A stretch of DNA of 64,000 bases, taken from Prosthecobacter sp. (GTDB lineage Bacteria > Verrucomicrobiota > Verrucomicrobiia > Verrucomicrobiales > Verrucomicrobiaceae). The stretch is taken from the NCBI RefSeq assembly GCF_029946185.1, contig NZ_JAQSEA010000306.1:11044-75043 (forward strand), given 5' to 3'. Shown in pieces: positions 34,900 through 43,141 of this stretch. The position numbers and the translations under genes were made by a program. Below the pieces are notes generated by a model. The model was given only the letters and a program-made list of their open reading frames with translations, ran no database searches and had not been told where the DNA came from. Position 1 is the first letter of the stretch; every line of letters begins with the position of its first letter.

Positions 34900-36009
34900 A
34901 TGAAATCGAGTTTCGTCTGTTTGTTTGCCCTTGCCGCTGTGTCTTTGCAGGCGGCGGAATATTTGTCCAAACCCCTTGATGTGCTGCGTGCGGTGCAGAA
35001 GGAGGGCCAGGGAAATGAGGCGGCGGGGAAGGCGTGGCAGGAGATCGTGAAGGCGGATCCTGCGGCTCTGCCGGAGGTGCTGAAGGGTATGAACGGGGCG
35101 AACCCGCTGGCGGAAAACTGGCTGAGGGCGGCGGTGGGCGTGATCGCAGATGAGGCGCTGAAGGCGAAGAAGCTGCCCGTGGAGGCCCTGGTGACGTTTT
35201 TGAAGAACACACAAAACAGCCCCGGCGCGCGGGTGGTGGCGTTTGATTTGATCCACCGGGCAGACGAGAAGCTGGCGGAGGAGCTGACGCCGACGCTGCT
35301 GGAAGACCCGAGTTCGGACCTGCGGCGGCATCCGGTGGCGAAGCTGATCGAGGCTGGTGATGCGGCGCTAGAGAAGAAGGACAAGGACGCTGCGGTGGTG
35401 GCCTACGGCAAAGGATTGGGCGGAGCGCGGGATGAGGACCAGATCAAGGTGCTGGCGAAAAAGCTGCGTGCACTGGACCAGAAGGTGGACCTGCCGAAGC
35501 ACTTTGGGTTTCTGATGAGCTGGAAGATGATCGCGCCGTTTAGCAATGCGGATCGGGCGGGATTCGACACGGTGTATCCGCCGGAGAAGGAGCTGAAGTT
35601 TGATGCCGTGTATGAGGGCAAAACGAAGGAGGCGAAGTGGGTGGACTTCACGAGTACGGATGAGTACGGTAAGATTGATTTCAACAAGCCTTTCGGGATG
35701 GAAAAGAGCGTGGTGGGCTATGCTGCGACGGATTTTTTCAGCACGGAGGATCGTCCGGCGGAGATCCGCATCGGGTGCAAGGATGGCTGGAAGGTGTGGC
35801 TGAACGGGGAGCTGCTGTTTGCGCGGGATGAGTATCACCGCGGTGCGAAGCTGGATCAGTACAAGCTGCCGTGTCAGCTCAAGAAGGGCAAGAACACGAT
35901 CCTGGTGAAGTGCTGCCAGAACGAGCAGACGGAGCAGTGGACGGTGGAGTGGGAATTCCAACTGCGTGTGTGCGATGCGACGGGGACGGCGATTGTGGCA
36001 GCGAAGTAA
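34900..36009 (+). CDS. secreted hypothetical protein: helical (HEAT-like) N-domain + C-terminal beta-sandwich
   Basis: Signal peptide 'MKSSFVCLFALAAVSLQA'. The C-terminal pattern 'W.MIAPFSN....F..VYPPE ... GCKDGWKVWLNGELLF ... GKNTILVKCCQ' recalls sandwich domains common in PVC HEAT-repeat proteins. It is the first gene of a 4-gene operon. Confidence 0.6.
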   Translation: MKSSFVCLFALAAVSLQAAEYLSKPLDVLRAVQKEGQGNEAAGKAWQEIVKADPAALPEVLKGMNGANPLAENWLRAAVGVIADEALKAKKLPVEALVTFLKNTQNSPGARVVAFDLIHRADEKLAEELTPTLLEDPSSDLRRHPVAKLIEAGDAALEKKDKDAAVVAYGKGLGGARDEDQIKVLAKKLRALDQKVDLPKHFGFLMSWKMIAPFSNADRAGFDTVYPPEKELKFDAVYEGKTKEAKWVDFTSTDEYGKIDFNKPFGMEKSVVGYAATDFFSTEDRPAEIRIGCKDGWKVWLNGELLFARDEYHRGAKLDQYKLPCQLKKGKNTILVKCCQNEQTEQWTVEWEFQLRVCDATGTAIVAAK

Positions 36010-36020
36010 TTTTCTCGGCC

Positions 36021-36356
36021 ATGATTGATGATGATGACTATATCTCCGCACCGGATGGCGGTCCCTGGAAGCGCCGACTGCTTGGCTACTGCGCACCATT
36101 GGTCATCGTGGCCTATGCTGTGTACGGGTATCTGATCCAGAAGGTTATATTTCCACGCGGCGGAGTGTTTTTTGTCGGTTATGCGGCGAAGTTTCTGGCC
36201 CTCAGCTATGTAGCGGGTGCCTTCTACCTGTACTTTCACTATGGCTGGGGGCTCAGTGAGCGACTGTGCATGCACAGCTTCCGACCCAAGTATTTCGCGA
36301 TTTTTTCCTTACTGCTGTTCTTTGTCACTGCCTGCTACTTTCAATTCGTTTCCTGA
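36021..36356 (+). CDS. small aromatic-rich integral membrane protein (hypothetical)
   Basis: In-frame ATG at 36021 inside track ORF 35871..36356. The acidic N-terminus 'MIDDDDYISAPDGG' is followed by about three hydrophobic helices. It is visibly more AT-ending in codon choice than its neighbours. Confidence 0.5.
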   Translation: MIDDDDYISAPDGGPWKRRLLGYCAPLVIVAYAVYGYLIQKVIFPRGGVFFVGYAAKFLALSYVAGAFYLYFHYGWGLSERLCMHSFRPKYFAIFSLLLFFVTACYFQFVS

Positions 36357-36373
36357 ATCCACCGCTTCCCATC

Positions 36374-37540
36374 ATGAAGACCTCTCTTGTTTTAGTTTTC
36401 AGCCTTTGTTTTTCCTCCTTTGCACGGGCGGACTGGCTGCAGTTTCGCGGGCCGAATGCGACGGCGGTTTCGACGGAGGCAAAGGTGCCAGGGGATGATT
36501 TGAAAATCGCGTGGGCGGCGGATTTGCCGGGGCGTGGGCTTTCGGCACCGATTGTGGTGGGAGACCGTGTGTTTGTGACGTGCTCGAGCGGACCGGGGCA
36601 GGAGACGCTGCATGTGTTTTGCTTCAATGCGGCGGATGGCTCGAAGCGGTGGGAGCGTGCGATGCGCTCGACCGGCCGGACGATGACTCACAACAAGACC
36701 TGTGTGGCGGCGAATACGCCGTGCAGTGATGGGGACCGGGTGTTTGCGCTGTTTTCGTCAAATGATCTGTTTGCCTTTGATCTCGATGGCAATCTGCTGT
36801 GGTTGCGTGGGCTGACGTTTGACTACCCGAATGCGAGCAACAGCCTGGGGATGTCACAGTCGCCGGTGGTGCTGGACGGCACGCTGGTGGTGCAGAGTGA
36901 GAATGATAGCGAGTCCTTCACAGCGGGCCTAGATGTGGTTACGGGCCGCAACCGGTGGAAGATGGAGCGGCCGAAGGCGGCAAACTGGACGAGCGCGACG
37001 ATTTGGAAGAACACGGTGGCGCTGCAGTCGAGCAAGGGGATCCTAGCGGTGGACCCGGCGACGGGCAAGACGGTGTGGGATTACAGCGATGGGGCGAGCA
37101 CGATTCCTTCGAGTGTGGGTGCGGGTGAGACGCTGTATGCGGTGTCACACGGGATCACGGCGCTGGCCCCGGAGAAGGGCGCGGTGACGCAGCTTTGGCG
37201 CAATGAGAAGCTGAACTCAGGCACGGCGAGTCCGCTGGTGCTGGGTGACTTCCTTTATGTGGTGAACGGCGCGGGCGTGCTGATCAAGGCGAGCGTGAAG
37301 AATGGTGATGAGGCGTGGAAGCTGCGCATGAAGGGGCCTTTCAGCGGATCGCCGGTGGCGGCTGGCAAGCGCATCTACATTGTGAATGAGCGCGGTATTT
37401 TTCAGGTGATTGATCCAGAAGCGCCTGAGGGCAAGGTGCTGAAGGAAATTGAACTGAAGGAGACTGTGCTCACTACGCCTTCGATTTCTGGTGGGGCGAT
37501 CTATGTGCGCAGTGACGCGAAACTTTGGAAGCTGCAATAA
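36374..37540 (+). CDS. PQQ-like (BamB-type) beta-propeller repeat protein, secreted
   Basis: Start moved to ATG 36374 ('MKTSLVLVFSLCFSSFARA'). 'DWLQFRGPN', 'SAPIVVGDRVFV' and repeated 'G..LW' blade motifs are typical of PQQ-binding-like propellers. Confidence 0.8.
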   Translation: MKTSLVLVFSLCFSSFARADWLQFRGPNATAVSTEAKVPGDDLKIAWAADLPGRGLSAPIVVGDRVFVTCSSGPGQETLHVFCFNAADGSKRWERAMRSTGRTMTHNKTCVAANTPCSDGDRVFALFSSNDLFAFDLDGNLLWLRGLTFDYPNASNSLGMSQSPVVLDGTLVVQSENDSESFTAGLDVVTGRNRWKMERPKAANWTSATIWKNTVALQSSKGILAVDPATGKTVWDYSDGASTIPSSVGAGETLYAVSHGITALAPEKGAVTQLWRNEKLNSGTASPLVLGDFLYVVNGAGVLIKASVKNGDEAWKLRMKGPFSGSPVAAGKRIYIVNERGIFQVIDPEAPEGKVLKEIELKETVLTTPSISGGAIYVRSDAKLWKLQ

Positions 37541-38277
37541 TGGCAACAACCGACAAGACCGGGCAAGAGGCCGAAGAACTGGATGTGTCCATCACGTCTG
37601 AGGTGGAGCAGGAGACCTCGCGTGCGCTGGGGAAGGAGACGCGGCAGGTGCTGTTTGCGGTGCTGCTGGTGGCCGCTTTCATGGCGCTGGCGCATTTCAC
37701 AGGTCTGAAGGCATGGATCACGAATGTGCAGACATGGAAGGAGATGGTGCGCGAATTTGGCTGGGGAGCGCATGCCATCTTCATGGTCGCGTGTGCGGGA
37801 ACGGTGATGCTGGGCGTTCCGCGTCTGCCACTGTGTGCTGCCGCAGGGCTGGTCTTTGGCTTTGGTGAGGGGCTGGTACTTTCGCTGGTGGCATCGACCC
37901 TGGGGTCGTATGGAGCGTTTATGCTGTCACGTCATGGGTTCCGCCGGGCGGTTGAATCGAGGGCGGCAAAATGGCCGTGGCTCAAAAAAATGCTGAAAAA
38001 GCCTTCCGTCCTGCGGGTGTTTTGGGTGAGGCAGCTCATGGTGCCCGGGCTGGTCTTGAATGTGCTGCTGGGCATGACGCCAGTGAAGCATACGCGTTTC
38101 CTACTGGGCACGCTGCTGGGCTACTTGCCGCTGAATGTGGCATTCAGCCTTGTGGGCAGCGGATTGGGCAAAGGAAGTCTCGCGACGACCTTGACCCAAC
38201 TGCTGGCGGCCATGGCGGTGATCAACATCGCGGCATGGCTGGTGTACCGTGTGATGAAGAAGCAGAAGAACGGCTGA
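37540..38277 (+). CDS. TVP38/TMEM64 (DedA-related) family membrane protein
   Basis: 'VPRLPLCAAAGLVFGFGEGLVLSLVASTLGSYGAFMLSR' and 'PGLVLNVLLGMTPV' match the family pattern. ATG 37540 overlaps the TAA of the upstream gene (ATAATG). Confidence 0.8.
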   Translation: MATTDKTGQEAEELDVSITSEVEQETSRALGKETRQVLFAVLLVAAFMALAHFTGLKAWITNVQTWKEMVREFGWGAHAIFMVACAGTVMLGVPRLPLCAAAGLVFGFGEGLVLSLVASTLGSYGAFMLSRHGFRRAVESRAAKWPWLKKMLKKPSVLRVFWVRQLMVPGLVLNVLLGMTPVKHTRFLLGTLLGYLPLNVAFSLVGSGLGKGSLATTLTQLLAAMAVINIAAWLVYRVMKKQKNG

Positions 38278-38287
38278 GGCGGCGGAC

Positions 38288-38728
38288 TTAGTGCATAGCG
38301 TGCCAAGCCAGCGAGTGATGCTCGGCGACCTCTGAGTCGGCCTGCATCGCTGACGCTGCGACGGCGCACAGGCCGATGAGCACGACGACCGGGAAGATGA
38401 CGATCAGCATTGGCAGGAGCATGATGAAGGCCAGCGGCGCAAGGATGAGGCTCAGCGCAATCGTCTCCCAACCGAACTGCTTCAGGTGGAGCCCGACGGG
38501 AGGTGTGCCGTGCTGTCCGCTCTCAACAAAAACGTGCTCCTGGCGCAGCCAGATGAGCAGGGGGCGGAGTGCCTGGCGGAAAGGCCGAAGGACGGTGGCC
38601 TTCATGCGTCGGAACTGCCAGACGCGGTGGAGATTGCGGGTGACGAAACGCGCTTCGGCGTTGTGAGCATTGGCGGCTTGCTGAAACGAGGCCGCCTGTC
38701 CTCGTTGAGGTGCAGGGATCGTGTTCAT
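38288..38728 (-). CDS. hypothetical membrane protein
   Basis: 146-aa ORF with genome-typical GC3-rich codons. It has a basic N-terminal half and two adjacent TM helices ('IALSLILAPLAFIMLLPMLIVIFPVVVLIGLCAVAA'). I recognise no family. Confidence 0.5.
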   Translation of the reverse strand: MNTIPAPQRGQAASFQQAANAHNAEARFVTRNLHRVWQFRRMKATVLRPFRQALRPLLIWLRQEHVFVESGQHGTPPVGLHLKQFGWETIALSLILAPLAFIMLLPMLIVIFPVVVLIGLCAVAASAMQADSEVAEHHSLAWHAMH

Positions 38729-38796
38729 AGGTTTGGATGGTTACAGTACCTATAACGGACGACCCGACCGTAATATTGACAAAATCGCTGCAAACT

Positions 38797-39042
38797 TCAT
38801 CCAGCCCGGCCATGCATTGAGCAGGCCCGGCATCCGGAGCACAAGTCACAGCTAACCGTGTGAGGATTCTCCAGACACTTGGGGCAATGGACGCAGAGCA
38901 TGCAAAACGGACGCTGCGTGCTTGTCATGCCGGAAGCGCAGGGAAGTCTTTTCGCTGCACTGTTAGATACAGAACACGCTCTCGACGAGCGTGTGTGGAT
39001 GGGTTCCAAGACATCAGTTTTCATGAGTGCGAGCCGGAGCAT
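38797..39042 (-). CDS. possible small Cys-rich protein (2 x CxxCxxCxxC); speculative
   Basis: 81-codon ORF with an ATG start. The C-terminal 'FCMLCVHCPKCLENPHTVSCDLCSGCRACSMHG' carries two CxxCxxCxxC motifs. GC3 is only about 62% by my count (50 of 81 codons). There is no obvious SD. It could be non-coding. Confidence 0.25.
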   Translation of the reverse strand: MLRLALMKTDVLEPIHTRSSRACSVSNSAAKRLPCASGMTSTQRPFCMLCVHCPKCLENPHTVSCDLCSGCRACSMHGRAG

Positions 39043-39065
39043 CTAACAGAACCGAAAAACGCGCT

Positions 39066-39083
39066 ATTGGCAGACCTGCCAAT
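39066..39083. promoter_or_regulatory. perfect 18-bp palindrome ATTGGCAG-ac-CTGCCAAT in a divergent promoter region
   Basis: Read directly from the sequence. It lies 54 nt upstream of the FHA-LuxR ATG (39138) and 23 nt upstream of the minus-strand small ORF ATG (39042). Confidence 0.3.
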
Positions 39084-39137
39084 ACGAGAACTTTTTTCCG
39101 CGCGTTGCACATCGCAGGCTCCTGCGCAGAATCATGC

Positions 39138-40019
39138 ATGCCAGTGAATGCCGGGACGAGGGACCAACCAGCCTGTTTGAAATGGAGTGGAGGTGTGCAC
39201 ACGCTCGCGGGCCCCTGTTTCATTGGCCGTCGTTCGGACAACGATGTTCCCATCAACAATGTACAGGCTTCACGTCGCCACGCGGTGTTGATTCATTTGA
39301 ACGACGACTGGTGGGTCAATGACCTGGGCAGCCGCAATGGCGTATTCATTAATGGCCTGCGTATTAACAGTGCGCGTCGCCTAAGGAACGGAGATGAAAT
39401 CCGCATCGCCAATCAACGGCTGAGCTTCTGCAATACGACGCAGCCCGCTCCGCACCATAGTTCCATCATGGGCAAGATCACGGAGCTTGCGAAGCAGACC
39501 ATGAGCGATGCGCCGCTCTCTTCGGCTGCATGCGAACTCCTCATCGTCACGGAGCAGGGGGAGATTCTCGAAGGCGACAAAGCCGCGCACTGGTTCTTTG
39601 GCAAATCTTTGGAGCGTGCGCCCGGTGCCCCGCACTATTTTCTGCCGCCTGCGGTCCGCCAGTGGCTGCAGCAGCTTGCCGTCGAAAATGAGAATATTTT
39701 TCCTCCGCTGGAAATGGAGCAGGATGGGCATCGCATTGTGCTCTCGCTGGCGCGTTGTAGGGACAACCGCTTCTATCTGCTAGGGCGTGTGGAATCCTTG
39801 CAGGTTTCCATCGAACGACTGCAGAGCCTCGGCCTCACCGAGCGTGAGGCGGAAGTCATGCACTGGGTGTGCGAGGGCAAGAACAACCCGGAAATCGCGC
39901 AGATTCTTGACGTCACGCTGCACACGGTGAACCGACACAACGAGCACATCTTCAAAAAGCTTGCCGTGGACAACCGACACAAGGCCATCAAGGCTGTGAA
40001 AGAGCGGCTGGGGGTGTGA
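39138..40019 (+). CDS. FHA-domain / LuxR-type HTH transcriptional regulator
   Basis: FHA domain: 'CFIGRRSDNDVPINNVQASRRHAVLIHLNDDWWVNDLGSRNGVFINGLRI...GDEIRIANQRLSF'. LuxR HTH: 'LTEREAEVMHWVCEGKNNPEIAQILDVTLHTVNRHNEHIFKKLAV'. Start moved to ATG 39138. Confidence 0.85.
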   Translation: MPVNAGTRDQPACLKWSGGVHTLAGPCFIGRRSDNDVPINNVQASRRHAVLIHLNDDWWVNDLGSRNGVFINGLRINSARRLRNGDEIRIANQRLSFCNTTQPAPHHSSIMGKITELAKQTMSDAPLSSAACELLIVTEQGEILEGDKAAHWFFGKSLERAPGAPHYFLPPAVRQWLQQLAVENENIFPPLEMEQDGHRIVLSLARCRDNRFYLLGRVESLQVSIERLQSLGLTEREAEVMHWVCEGKNNPEIAQILDVTLHTVNRHNEHIFKKLAVDNRHKAIKAVKERLGV

Positions 40020-40123
40020 TCTTGCCGAGGGAAAAACGCTCAGATAGCCCCTCATTCAAGACTATCGAGTCGCGATGTATTTTCCACCCGCTTAGAGCCG
40101 GGCGGGCTGTCGCCACACCCATC

Positions 40124-40149
40124 CCACAGCAGGCAAACACCTGCTGTGG
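40124..40149 (+). terminator. strong hairpin between convergent genes
   Basis: CCACAGCAGG-caaaca-CCTGCTGTGG is a perfect 10-bp stem, followed by TTGTGACGGTTATT. It starts 104 nt after the FHA-LuxR stop codon and ends 24 nt before the DUF1080 gene stop codon. Confidence 0.45.
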
Positions 40150-40173
40150 TTGTGACGGTTATTCGGGAACGGC

Positions 40174-41151
40174 CTACTTCACCACCGGAGTCAGGACCAT
40201 GTTGCGGTAGTCCACGTTGGTGTGGTCGCCTTGGAGGTAGATCGGGCCGGGCTTGAATTCGTCGCTGCTCATGGCACCCCCGGTGCAGCCGAGGACGGGG
40301 GCGTTGTCGATGATGGTCTTGCCATTGAGGATCACGGTGAGGTGGCGGTCCACGAGGGTGATGTCGAGGGTCTGCCATTCGCCAATGGGCTTCTCGGCAG
40401 CGACACTTGGGGTGATGCGGCTATAGAGTGCACCCATGTGGTGTGAATCAAGGGGCTTGCCGAAGCTTTCCATGACCTGCACCTCATAAATGCCGCGCAG
40501 GTAGATGCCGCTGTTGCTGCCTTCCTGAGTGCGCACTTCGGTCTTCAGATTGAAATCTTCGAATTCGGCATCTGTGCGCAGATTGCCGAAGTGTTTGTCC
40601 TTGGCCTTCACCACGCGGTTTTCGAGCACTCCATCGACCACGCTCCAGCCGTTATCGGCGCCTTCCTTGAGCAGACGCCAGCCGGCGAGGTCCTTGCCAT
40701 TCAAGAGCTGGGTGGGCGCGCCAAACTTCACCTTCGCGAGATCGGGTGCTGCTGGCACATCCGCGATGCGTTTGCCGGCGAACTCCTGGGCCTGCCCCAT
40801 GTCTTTGCCTGCTGCATTTTTCTTGGAGGCGGTGAGTTTCAAAACTTCGCCTTCGGTTTTAGCGGTGATCGTTTCGATGGTGGCCAGCTTGCCTTCTTTG
40901 TTCTTTTGCTCGCGCGTCACGATGAGGGTGTCGCCTTCGAGCTTGGTGCTGGTGGTTGGCACCACGCTGCCGCCGCCCCAGAGGACGCTGGAGCTGAGAG
41001 AGCCGTCTTTTTCCTCGACCCCGAGCCAGCCTGCGCCACCGCCAGGAATGGTGAGAGCCCAGCGGCCGATGAAGGGATTGTCAGCAGCATTCAAAAGGGC
41101 GCCGAGGCTGAACACGGCGGCGATGGTGAGGGGACGAAGCGAGAGCAACAT
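40174..41151 (-). CDS. DUF1080 (3-keto-disaccharide hydrolase-like) domain protein, secreted
   Basis: Signal peptide. The patterns 'GWSVVDGVLEN', 'FGNLRTDAEFEDFNLKTEVR...GSNSGIYLRG.YEVQV.', 'W.T.DI.L' and 'GPIYLQGDHTNVDYRNMVL' match the DUF1080 pattern. Confidence 0.85.
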   Translation of the reverse strand: MLLSLRPLTIAAVFSLGALLNAADNPFIGRWALTIPGGGAGWLGVEEKDGSLSSSVLWGGGSVVPTTSTKLEGDTLIVTREQKNKEGKLATIETITAKTEGEVLKLTASKKNAAGKDMGQAQEFAGKRIADVPAAPDLAKVKFGAPTQLLNGKDLAGWRLLKEGADNGWSVVDGVLENRVVKAKDKHFGNLRTDAEFEDFNLKTEVRTQEGSNSGIYLRGIYEVQVMESFGKPLDSHHMGALYSRITPSVAAEKPIGEWQTLDITLVDRHLTVILNGKTIIDNAPVLGCTGGAMSSDEFKPGPIYLQGDHTNVDYRNMVLTPVVK

Positions 41152-41187
41152 GATGTAAGCGGGTCGGAGGATTGAGTTGAGCGTGGT

Positions 41188-42201
41188 TTAACGGGATGAT
41201 TTGTGCTGATCCTTCACGCAGTCGGAATCGGCAGGTGTGGGCGAGCCGATTTGATCGGCTGGATGATTGAACAGATACTGCCAGACGGCTTCGTGGATGT
41301 ATTTGCCGTCCTTGTCCTTCACCGCTGCGCCACCAGGTGTCACGGAGCTGTGGGCGCGTTTGTCGTCGCCTTTCACATCCGCATTGGTGATGAGGCGGCG
41401 GGTATTTTGAAAGGGGGGAGCGCTGATATCGACATCCACAATCGGGCCAAACTGATTCAAACCCATCATCTCCCAGGAGCGGCAGTAGTGATCGCCTGAC
41501 CAGCCGCCATCAAGGACGTGGCTGAAGCCAAAAATGCGATTCGCTGGTGTGGCGGAGGGCAGCGACTGCCAGCTGTCGTAGTTGTCACGCGGGCCGCAGA
41601 AGCAGACGACGCGATCCACTTTTTGATGCTTGGCGAAGCGGGCGGAAGTCGTGGCGCCATGCGATGCACCTGAGACGATGACCTTGTCCCAGCGGAGGCC
41701 TTTGCCGTCTGCGCTGATGAACTGCTCCCATTTGCCCTCGGGATGCTCTTTGGAGAGCCATTGCACGAACTGAAACGAGCGCTCCATCATGCCGTCCGGC
41801 TGAGGGATGCTGACAAGGTCGCTGTGGTCTTCGCCGGTGCAGGCTTCGAGGCGGATGTCGCCGAGCGTCTTGCCGTCATCGCGACGCGCAGAGGGGATGA
41901 TGCCGAACCATTTGTTGGCGTAGTGCGGCTGGATGGCGTGGAGGCCGTAGCTGTTGAGGCGCTCGAACAAGGGTGCGCTGTAGCCCATGAGCCAGATCAC
42001 CAGTTTGCCCTGGAGCTTGACGCTGGTATCGACGCTGGCGTTTTGGAGGTCCTGCGGCTTGCCCTTTTTGTCTGTGAAGACGAAATCGATTTCTGGATGT
42101 TCCTTGGCACGCGGGTCGATTTCGCTGGCGCGTTTTGAGATGGTTGGGGCGGCATTGAGGCCGACGGAGAGGGCCAGCAGGCAGGTGAGGAGGTACTTCA
42201 T
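41188..42201 (-). CDS. secreted putative alpha/beta-fold hydrolase
   Basis: Start moved to ATG 42201 ('MKYLLTCLLALSVGLNA'), which removes the overlap with pheA. 'VIVSGASHGATTS' fits a GxSxG nucleophile elbow. The family was not recognised. Confidence 0.5.
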   Translation of the reverse strand: MKYLLTCLLALSVGLNAAPTISKRASEIDPRAKEHPEIDFVFTDKKGKPQDLQNASVDTSVKLQGKLVIWLMGYSAPLFERLNSYGLHAIQPHYANKWFGIIPSARRDDGKTLGDIRLEACTGEDHSDLVSIPQPDGMMERSFQFVQWLSKEHPEGKWEQFISADGKGLRWDKVIVSGASHGATTSARFAKHQKVDRVVCFCGPRDNYDSWQSLPSATPANRIFGFSHVLDGGWSGDHYCRSWEMMGLNQFGPIVDVDISAPPFQNTRRLITNADVKGDDKRAHSSVTPGGAAVKDKDGKYIHEAVWQYLFNHPADQIGSPTPADSDCVKDQHKSSR

Positions 42202-42208
42202 AAGTTGG

Positions 42209-43042
42209 TCAGGATTCAAAGCGAAGGCCGGCGGAGTAGGAGCCCACGCTGCGGAGGGTCGCACCATCAGCACGTGTTTGATTGAGGGCTTTCTGAACGC
42301 GGGGATCGGCGGTGGAACCTTCGATCTCGATGTAGAAGCGGTACTTGTTCGGCTGGCCGCGGATCGGGCGTGATTCGAGGCGCTTCATATTGATGTCGTT
42401 TTCGCTCAGCGGTGTGAGGAAACGGCAGAGGCTGCCGGAGCGGTCCGGCAGCTCGACGATGAGCGCGGTGCGGTTGTGTTCGAGCCCGGGTGTGTTGGCC
42501 TCGTGCCCGAGGAGATAGAACTGCGTGATGTTTGGCACCTCGCCAGCAATCGGGAAGTGCAGCACCTGGAGGCCATGAAGCTCGGCGTTTTGACGCGGAC
42601 CGATGGCGGCGGCCCCCGGTGTGGCGACGGCTTTTTCGGCGGCTTTCGCTGTGCTGGGCTCGACAACACGCTTTACGTCGGGGTAATGGCCTTTGAGCCA
42701 GTCATCGCCGTGATAGAAGGGCATCGCATGGGAATGGATGGAGGTGATGGACTCCCCTGCCCGGCCAAGGAGGGCGAGTTTCACATCGAGCGTGAGTTCT
42801 TCGAGAATGTACAGCTTGCTGCGTGTGTCCACGAGGCGGTCCACGGTGTCGATGATGAAGCCGCCGGAGGAGTTTTCGATGGGCACGATGCCGAGTGCCT
42901 CCTGATTTGTAGCGAGGAAGTCAAACACATCGCCCACGTTGTCGCGGAGGCTTACCGCCACGCCGGGGAAACGCATCTGGGTGATGAGATGCGAGAAGCT
43001 GCCCTCAGGACCGAGGCAGGCGATGGTGGGCGGCGGATTCAT
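42209..43042 (-). CDS. pheA: prephenate dehydratase
   Basis: 'IACLGPEGSFSH' and 'IVPIENSSGG' mark the PDT domain. The C-terminal ACT domain carries 'LESRPIRGQPNKYRFYIEIEG' (ESRP motif). Confidence 0.92.
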   Translation of the reverse strand: MNPPPTIACLGPEGSFSHLITQMRFPGVAVSLRDNVGDVFDFLATNQEALGIVPIENSSGGFIIDTVDRLVDTRSKLYILEELTLDVKLALLGRAGESITSIHSHAMPFYHGDDWLKGHYPDVKRVVEPSTAKAAEKAVATPGAAAIGPRQNAELHGLQVLHFPIAGEVPNITQFYLLGHEANTPGLEHNRTALIVELPDRSGSLCRFLTPLSENDINMKRLESRPIRGQPNKYRFYIEIEGSTADPRVQKALNQTRADGATLRSVGSYSAGLRFES

Positions 43043-43141
43043 GCGAGGTCCGCATGCTGCGGTGGTGGGTGGCTGAGGTCAAGCTGTCTCCATCAGAGCA
43101 ATGGCATTCGTGAGGATTGCCTATGCTCCCATGAGCAAGTC

